Part shown: positions 58,326 through 64,000 of the stretch, piece by piece
Numbering within the stretch: the first letter of the stretch is position 1
How the letters are laid out: each line of letters opens with the position of its first letter
Assembly (NCBI GenBank): GCA_963846325.1
Contig: CAWJVO010000009.1
Coordinates: forward strand, 251,083-315,082
Direction: 5' to 3'
From: an uncultured bacterium
GTDB lineage: Bacteria > Krumholzibacteriota > Krumholzibacteriia > Krumholzibacteriales > Krumholzibacteriaceae
DNA length: 64,000 bases
Position numbers and translations under genes: made by a program
The notes under the pieces: model-generated
The model's input: the letters and a program-made list of their open reading frames with translations, nothing else
The model's database searches: none
Told to the model about the DNA's origin: nothing

Positions 58326-60617
58326 TCATGGCGTCGCCAGAATCTGCCATTCTTGGAAAATCGTGTTGATGACGGTCCGCCCCTGTGTCCGGTCGAAGAA
58401 CCAGAGCTCGAAGCCGAAATGCGCGCTCGGCGCCGCCACGGCGACCCCGGAAGCCACTTCGGGGACTATTCGCGCGTACTTCGTCACCCAGACCGCTACG
58501 GTCTGGTTATTGACGGCGGAAGTCGTGTTTTTCGCCTTCATGCGGTACATCGGATTGAAACAGGCCTGGTTCCGCACGCTGTTCCGATTCATCCAATACG
58601 CGGGATCGTATATCTCGACGGGGGTGAATCCGCCGGGACGCGGCGACGGCTCATTCGGAGCGAAATAGCGCCCCGCGACCAGAATCTCCGACCAGAGATT
58701 GAGGGTGCTCGGCATGCCCGGAACGCTATCGTGCCACGCGTTGACCGCCATGACCGCCCCCGGATACATGCAATCGTAGTTGCGTATCCTTCTCGTCGGC
58801 ATATCCGCATCGGTGCGGAAAGCGCCGTCGATCTTGTCGAGCATCGTGATGCAGTAGTCTTTGTACGGATAGGAGTTGACGGCGCTCGTATCTCCCTCGC
58901 AGCCGTCGGAGTTCCCCAGGATCTCGCATTTGATGTTGAGCGGGAATCCTCTCGCCGCCTGCACGACCGGGAGGATCGCGGCGAGGCCCGCCGCCTTTTC
59001 GGACATGCCCTCGGTCAGGACGTGTCCTCCCTTCGCGAGGAAAATCGGGAGAAAATTGAGCGCGATCGCCGACTGGCTGATCATCGACTCCGGCGTGAAT
59101 CGAATGATATCGTCATAGCAGCTCGTCGTGAGATCGGAGTTGAACGTCCACAGGATATTCTTGTACCGGCCTATCAGGGATATCTTCGGCGCCGCCGAGT
59201 TGTATCCGCCGTACACTGCGTCGTACACGTCGCGCGTTTGATCGAATCCGATCGTGCGCCGACAGTGGCCGAGCCAGAAATTGTCGTGCTCGTCCTCCCT
59301 CGGGAAATTGTAGTCGATCTGCTGAAAGTCGTTCGTCGATCGGAAGTCATCGACCCAGAGAAGGTTGCGGTCCATAGTGAACGGAACGACGCTGATCTCG
59401 ATCTGGCCGAGCGTTTCCGAACCCGAGTTATCCACGCACCGCACGTAGAGCGTATGCACACCCGAGTACCAGATCGCCGAGCAGCCGAGATTGAACTGGC
59501 TGCAATCCGAGGCCCAGTCGCTCGGGTTATTCAGATCCGCGACGTCCCACCCGTACTGGTAGCACGTGATCTCGCCCCCGTACGCCGTGGCATCCCCCCG
59601 CCACCGGAAGTTCAGCGCGACTCCGGGAGGAAGCTCGCGCTTCTCTCTCTTCGAATTCGTTCCCGTGAACTGGAATCCCCCGAGAAACGGCTCGGTGACG
59701 GTGAGCAGCGGATACGCGGTGACCGACACGATGAACTGCCGCACGTTCCATCCCCGCCTGAAGATCGCGCTCACCGCTCCGGCCTCGTCTTTCGCCTGCA
59801 CCGCGAAGATGTGCGATCTCCGCAGCTCGAGTATCTCGTCGTCCCCGAGCCACGTGGAGCGGCCCGAATCCCCCGGCGCGCGATAGGAAATCCACGGGCT
59901 CCAGCTTTCCTCGTACCGCCAGGGATTCTCGTTCAGGTCCAGAACCATATCGTAATCGGGCTTGTAGCCGTAGCCCGGGCTGTCGACCCGGTGGTACATG
60001 TAGCGTATCGAGTCGGGATCCTGCGTGTTGTCCGGCGAATCGATCGGATCGGTCCCCCGCCACTCCCAGTTGATGACCTTGCCGAGCGACACCGTCGCGT
60101 TCCGGTTGCTCGGCGGGTGCGGCAGCGTGATCTCGATGTATGGGGCGAGCGTCCACGCGGTAAACGACCGGTACACCGGATCGGAGCGCTTCCCCTCGAG
60201 GTCTATCGATCGGATGAAGAAGGTATGCACCTTGTCGTAGCGCGTGTACCACGTTCCATTCAGATATACGGAGTCCGCGGCCGCGGTATCGTCCGCCATC
60301 ACGCGGAAAATGCTGTCATGGAGGGACGTTTGCGCCCATTTGTCGAGCCCGGTCGTATCTTCGTGATTGAATCCGAAAGGAAATCCGTCCACCACAACGA
60401 ATTCATACGAGCTCACTTCGCCGTCCGGATCCCAGCCACCCCAGTAGAAATGCACCTGATATCCGGTCGTGGTTCCTTCGACGGGGCCGCTCGAAAGCCA
60501 AACCTCGGGCGATTTATTCCGCTCGGGCAAGCCGATGAAGGTTTTCTCGCAACCGAATATGAAGGCGAAGACGGCAGCCATGAGAAGCACGGCGTACACG
60601 AGCAATGATCTCTTCAT
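58326..60617 (-). CDS. hypothetical lipoprotein
   Basis: MKRSLLVYAVLLMAAVFAFIFGC is a signal peptide with a lipobox-like Cys. The protein is large and Trp/Tyr/Asp-rich. It is a paralog of the 60670-62679 product. Confidence 0.6.
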   Translation of the reverse strand: MKRSLLVYAVLLMAAVFAFIFGCEKTFIGLPERNKSPEVWLSSGPVEGTTTGYQVHFYWGGWDPDGEVSSYEFVVVDGFPFGFNHEDTTGLDKWAQTSLHDSIFRVMADDTAAADSVYLNGTWYTRYDKVHTFFIRSIDLEGKRSDPVYRSFTAWTLAPYIEITLPHPPSNRNATVSLGKVINWEWRGTDPIDSPDNTQDPDSIRYMYHRVDSPGYGYKPDYDMVLDLNENPWRYEESWSPWISYRAPGDSGRSTWLGDDEILELRRSHIFAVQAKDEAGAVSAIFRRGWNVRQFIVSVTAYPLLTVTEPFLGGFQFTGTNSKREKRELPPGVALNFRWRGDATAYGGEITCYQYGWDVADLNNPSDWASDCSQFNLGCSAIWYSGVHTLYVRCVDNSGSETLGQIEISVVPFTMDRNLLWVDDFRSTNDFQQIDYNFPREDEHDNFWLGHCRRTIGFDQTRDVYDAVYGGYNSAAPKISLIGRYKNILWTFNSDLTTSCYDDIIRFTPESMISQSAIALNFLPIFLAKGGHVLTEGMSEKAAGLAAILPVVQAARGFPLNIKCEILGNSDGCEGDTSAVNSYPYKDYCITMLDKIDGAFRTDADMPTRRIRNYDCMYPGAVMAVNAWHDSVPGMPSTLNLWSEILVAGRYFAPNEPSPRPGGFTPVEIYDPAYWMNRNSVRNQACFNPMYRMKAKNTTSAVNNQTVAVWVTKYARIVPEVASGVAVAAPSAHFGFELWFFDRTQGRTVINTIFQEWQILATP

Positions 60618-60669
60618 TAATCCCCGACCTCCTCCCATCCTTGACGTCAGGAGGGAATCTGGTTGTGCG

Positions 60670-62679
60670 TTACTTGACCAATTTCAGGTACAGCGGTATC
60701 TGCCGCGTATCCCTTCGGGCGTAATTGGCGAAATAGTACTCGTTCACTATCCAGTGATTGCCCGGTATCACGTCCCCGTTCTCGTCGAACTCGGGACTCT
60801 CGCCCCTGAGACCCTCCATGAACGATTGCGTATCCTTGTAGTCGAGACCGTTCACGGTTATCGCCTGTTGACCGAGGAACGCGGGCGGATTCGCGATGAG
60901 CGAATCCTCGGACGCCGCGTTATGCGCCGCGGCCACGGGAATATACCGGCCGAGCGGCTTCCAGAAAGGTATGGTTATGCTGAAGACGACCTCCTGCTCG
61001 TATAGATTGAGCGGCTTATCGAACTGCCATTCCCCTTCCTTGTAGTAGGGGCGATCGTCGTCGGGATCGAAAATGCCGAATCTCCAGCCCTTGATCCCCG
61101 AACGCGGAGGATCCCGCCGGTCATCGTGCCCGCCCGCGCGTATGAGGAACCGATAGGAGCGGGTTCTCAGGGCGAGAGTGTCCGCCGTCGTCGTTATCGC
61201 ATACGGGCAGAGCGTATCGCCTCGCGCCGTGGTGGAGGAACTGTTCCACCCGATCACTATCGTATCGTTCGTCGTCCAGACGAATCTGGCGTCCGGCGGC
61301 CGCGTAGGGAAGCCCTGCCGCGTCCAGAATCCGGTCTTGAGACTGTCGATGCGAGGCGGGAAGTTGCCGATGAAGCTCACTTCCGAGGGAGTCCCGTCGG
61401 GCTTCTTCTGCTCGTCGAAAGCCCGGGCGAGGAAACGGTAATTGAACGTCCCTACCCGCATGGTCGTCGAATCCCGATCCCGGTAAAGGTCGGAAACGCC
61501 GGCGCCGGGATTGGTATCCTCGGGATTCTTGAGCGGATACCACGGCGACAACTTGTCGGCGACCCTCGCGCCGGTCTCGTCTATCGACCAGCGGTTGTAC
61601 TGGAACTGGAACCGTATCGGCACCGGCGGATCGAATTCAAGGTTGGCGCGGTCCTTCGGATCGTCCCAACCCCAGTACACCATGCGCACGAGCGAGCTGT
61701 CCGGAAGCGTATCGGGAACGCCGTCGGTGAAATCGACGTCCACCTGACGGGGGACGCCGTCCTGCGGGGTGTACGAGAGAACGCATTTCGTATCGAACCG
61801 CGTGTCGGGGTCATGATTCACGACGACCCTGCATACTCCCACTCCGGTCGCGAGATCGGTCCGGGAAATGGCGCCTGCCTCGTCGCGCGCGATTCCCTTG
61901 AAGTTGAATATGCCGCTCGGAATCACCTGGCTCCCCGAATTGGGAAGCTCCACGGCCACGATCTCGTTCTGATCCGCCGGGATGTACCAATCGGGAGACC
62001 CGTCTCCGTTGTAATCGGGAAACACGAGGCTTCCGTAGCTCCAGCGGTATCCGGTGATGATATTATTGACCGTCCGCGCCCTGAACTTGACCGTGAAGGG
62101 GGTGAACATGCTGATCGTGTCGAGCGCGTTGGGATTGTACGGCACGTCGCCGCCGCCGACGTTGGTCCAGAACTGAATGACCGGAATCCCCTTGACCCGC
62201 GCGAGAAATTGCAGCCGGGCGGGGGTCGGATCGATTTCCCCGCCGTCGTCGATCGCGACGATGTGGAACGCCTGGCGATTGATCTGCGATCCCCTCTCCG
62301 CGTCGAATCCGGTGAACGTGATGACCGTATCGGTTCGTGTCGTGAACCTTCCCCTCAGATAATCGGCGATTCTCGCGGCGGGATTCCAATCGAGCCCCTC
62401 CGCGTCGGGATTGTTCTCCGGATCGAGAGTCACGAGCGTATCCGAAATGTACCACATGTATCGCGTGACGACCCCGTCGTTATCGGTCCCGCGCCAGTAC
62501 ATGTGGACGCGGTAGTCGGTCGCGGTCGTCTCGGCGGGAGAGCTCGTGAGAGACGTTTCGGGAGCTTTGTTCCGGTCCAGCGGAGGCTCTTCTTTCCTGC
62601 AGGCGGGTAGAACCATTACGAGAGCGAGAGCGCCGGCCATAGCAAGCTCGATCGCAAATCTGATCTTGACTCGTCCCAT
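60670..62679 (-). CDS. hypothetical lipoprotein (paralog of the 58326-60617 gene)
   Basis: ALALVMVLPAC is a signal/lipobox-like sequence. Near the N-terminus LDRNKAPETSLTSSPAETTATDYRVHMYWRGTDNDGVV in this protein matches PERNKSPEVWLSSGPVEGTTTGYQVHFYWGGWDPDGEV in the paralog. Confidence 0.6.
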   Translation of the reverse strand: MGRVKIRFAIELAMAGALALVMVLPACRKEEPPLDRNKAPETSLTSSPAETTATDYRVHMYWRGTDNDGVVTRYMWYISDTLVTLDPENNPDAEGLDWNPAARIADYLRGRFTTRTDTVITFTGFDAERGSQINRQAFHIVAIDDGGEIDPTPARLQFLARVKGIPVIQFWTNVGGGDVPYNPNALDTISMFTPFTVKFRARTVNNIITGYRWSYGSLVFPDYNGDGSPDWYIPADQNEIVAVELPNSGSQVIPSGIFNFKGIARDEAGAISRTDLATGVGVCRVVVNHDPDTRFDTKCVLSYTPQDGVPRQVDVDFTDGVPDTLPDSSLVRMVYWGWDDPKDRANLEFDPPVPIRFQFQYNRWSIDETGARVADKLSPWYPLKNPEDTNPGAGVSDLYRDRDSTTMRVGTFNYRFLARAFDEQKKPDGTPSEVSFIGNFPPRIDSLKTGFWTRQGFPTRPPDARFVWTTNDTIVIGWNSSSTTARGDTLCPYAITTTADTLALRTRSYRFLIRAGGHDDRRDPPRSGIKGWRFGIFDPDDDRPYYKEGEWQFDKPLNLYEQEVVFSITIPFWKPLGRYIPVAAAHNAASEDSLIANPPAFLGQQAITVNGLDYKDTQSFMEGLRGESPEFDENGDVIPGNHWIVNEYYFANYARRDTRQIPLYLKLVK

Positions 62680-62820
62680 GTTTCCCTTCTCTTTGTCTGA
62701 ATCGAACGCGTTTCCACCCCAAACCTACAATTAATATAAGCGTTTGATTTCGTCTGTCAATTAAAATTCCATGGGGGCAATTGACGATCCCGAATGCCCT
62801 TACGGCGTTTTGGCGGATAT
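62680..62820. promoter_or_regulatory. AT-rich intergenic region, candidate promoter of the 60670-62679 gene
   Basis: The sequence reads ctacaattaatataagcgtttgatttcgtctgtcaattaaaattccatggg. It lies between a strong terminator and the gene start. Confidence 0.35.
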
Positions 62821-62856
62821 AAAAAAGAGGCCGGGAGATTTGACTCTCCCGGCCTC
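62821..62856 (-). terminator. strong rho-independent terminator after the 62892-end gene
   Basis: On the minus strand GAGGCCGGGAGA-GTCAAA-TCTCCCGGCCTC (a perfect 12-bp stem) is followed by TTTTTTAT. Confidence 0.7.
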
Positions 62857-62891
62857 TCAGGGCCTTCGTCAAACCCTGTCAATGGTATGCG

Positions 62892-64000
62892 CTAGCGCAG
62901 CATGACCATCTTCTTGGTCTGGCTGAAGTCCTTCGTTTCCATCTTGTAGAAGTAGATACCGCTCGCCACCGCGCCACCCCGGTCGTTCATGCCGTCCCAG
63001 GTGACCGTGTACGTATTGGCATCCTTCACACCGTTCACGAGCGTCCGGACCAGCTGTCCGGCGACGTTGTAAACCTTCAACGTCACGAATCCCTTGTCCT
63101 TCAGGTCGAACTTGATCGTGGTCGACGGGTTGAAGGGGTTCGGGAAGTTCTGGGCCAACGTCGTGGACTTCGGCGTCTCCGCCGGAGTGATGGTGATGTT
63201 CACGGTGTTCTGCATCCAGGCGAACACGTCCCGAGCGATCTCGAAACGGTCGACCGGCGCCGTGACGACGTCGTCACGAACGTACTGATAGCTGAATCCG
63301 AACCACATGGTGTTGACGGCGTAGCCGCCCGGGTTCAGCTGCGAAGACGCGATAGCCGCATAGCGGTTGACCGCGAGCTTCACCGGATAGAACGCCGCGT
63401 ATTTGCCGTTCGCCGTCTTGTCGAGCACGTCGAACTGGTTGATGACGAAGCATCCGCCGTACGCGTAGAACTTGTCCGGAACACCGGCGTGGACGAAGAT
63501 GCCCGCGTCGGCGTCGCCCGTGACGAGCGGCGTCACGGTGCCGCCGCCTGTGCGGCCGCCGGTTTCGTCGAAGTAGCTCGTCGCGATGAAGTCGACGCCG
63601 CACCAGGTGCTCATAAGGGTGAGCGCCGGGGTCGATGCGAGGCCGTCCAGGTCGTACGCGACGTCGTCGCCGCAGACCCAGAGACCGCACACGTGCTCGG
63701 ACTGCTCGAACCAGTTGATGAGCATCGTGCAGTCGTTCGACTTGTCGCTGTTGACCGTACCGTCGGAGATCGTGATGGACTCGAGGTCTCCGCTATCCCA
63801 TACGATCTTGTGGTACTGGTCGATGAGCTGCTTGGTCTTCGCGCGGCTTCCGGGACCGTTGCCGACGCCGGAAGACGGGCCGTTCACGTCATACTTGTCC
63901 ACGTTGTTGTTCGGCGGAGCAAGCACGGCGTCGAATACCGGCATCCAGTAGTTCTCGACCGAGCCGACGAACGAGCCGCGGCCCGTGAAGTCGTCGACGA
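62892..64000 (-). CDS. secreted protein with T9SS C-terminal sorting domain (5' end beyond the window)
   Basis: The C-terminal CTD is FPNPFNPSTTIKFDLKDKGFVTLKVYNVAGQLVRTL...SGIYFYKMETKDFSQTKKMVML. The frame stays open upstream to the window edge. Confidence 0.65.
   Translation of the reverse strand, partial: VDDFTGRGSFVGSVENYWMPVFDAVLAPPNNNVDKYDVNGPSSGVGNGPGSRAKTKQLIDQYHKIVWDSGDLESITISDGTVNSDKSNDCTMLINWFEQSEHVCGLWVCGDDVAYDLDGLASTPALTLMSTWCGVDFIATSYFDETGGRTGGGTVTPLVTGDADAGIFVHAGVPDKFYAYGGCFVINQFDVLDKTANGKYAAFYPVKLAVNRYAAIASSQLNPGGYAVNTMWFGFSYQYVRDDVVTAPVDRFEIARDVFAWMQNTVNITITPAETPKSTTLAQNFPNPFNPSTTIKFDLKDKGFVTLKVYNVAGQLVRTLVNGVKDANTYTVTWDGMNDRGGAVASGIYFYKMETKDFSQTKKMVMLR

Overview
This is a very GC-rich (by eye roughly 65-70 %) bacterial chromosomal window. 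Nearly every real gene lies on the minus strand; only a short plus-strand LPS-core block sits at 2428-5651. The compositional bias creates many long Arg/Pro-rich shadow ORFs on the opposite strand and in wrong frames, which were discounted.

Positions 1-13400 hold ordinary housekeeping genes:
- two tandem XRE-HTH/cupin regulators
- a GT9 heptosyltransferase and the Kdo transferase waaA
- a small radical-SAM/SPASM enzyme, tsaC, purE and purD
- a LarA-like enzyme, carbamate kinase (arcC) and a class-I aminotransferase

From about 13.4 kb to the window end there is one long, co-oriented accessory region dominated by envelope, secretion and signalling genes. Five proteins carry C-terminal type-IX-secretion (T9SS) sorting domains. 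They are a lamin-tail-domain protein, a subtilase, two hypothetical cargos, and a roughly 14.9-kb adhesin built from Big_1 Ig-like repeats. Two genes encode FadL/PorV-like outer-membrane barrels. This points to a T9SS-bearing organism, probably FCB-superphylum-like (inference from domain repertoire only).

The most unusual element is a 1420-aa membrane protein at 24017-28279. It fuses an RsbW-type anti-sigma kinase, a two-TM sensor with HAMP, a PP2C (SpoIIE/RsbU) phosphatase, a transposase-type HTH pair and three STAS domains. That is a whole partner-switching module in one polypeptide. It sits in an operon-like array with a PorV-like/TPR outer-membrane protein, a ParA-like ATPase, a TPR protein and two further stand-alone STAS proteins, immediately downstream of the giant adhesin.

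A second unusual cluster at 45.5-51.2 kb has three paralogous proteins with AMPK-beta/CBM48-type glycogen-binding domains, one fused to an outer-membrane beta-barrel. Two further outer-membrane proteins and a DUF4388 protein follow, all downstream of ppdK.

Two apparent frameshifts fall exactly in G-homopolymers (a ParA-like Walker-A region and ppdK). The near-identical 303-bp repeats of the adhesin gene are also frame-disrupted. All three look more like assembly or sequencing artefacts than real pseudogenes. No rRNA, tRNA, CRISPR or complete mobile element was recognised.
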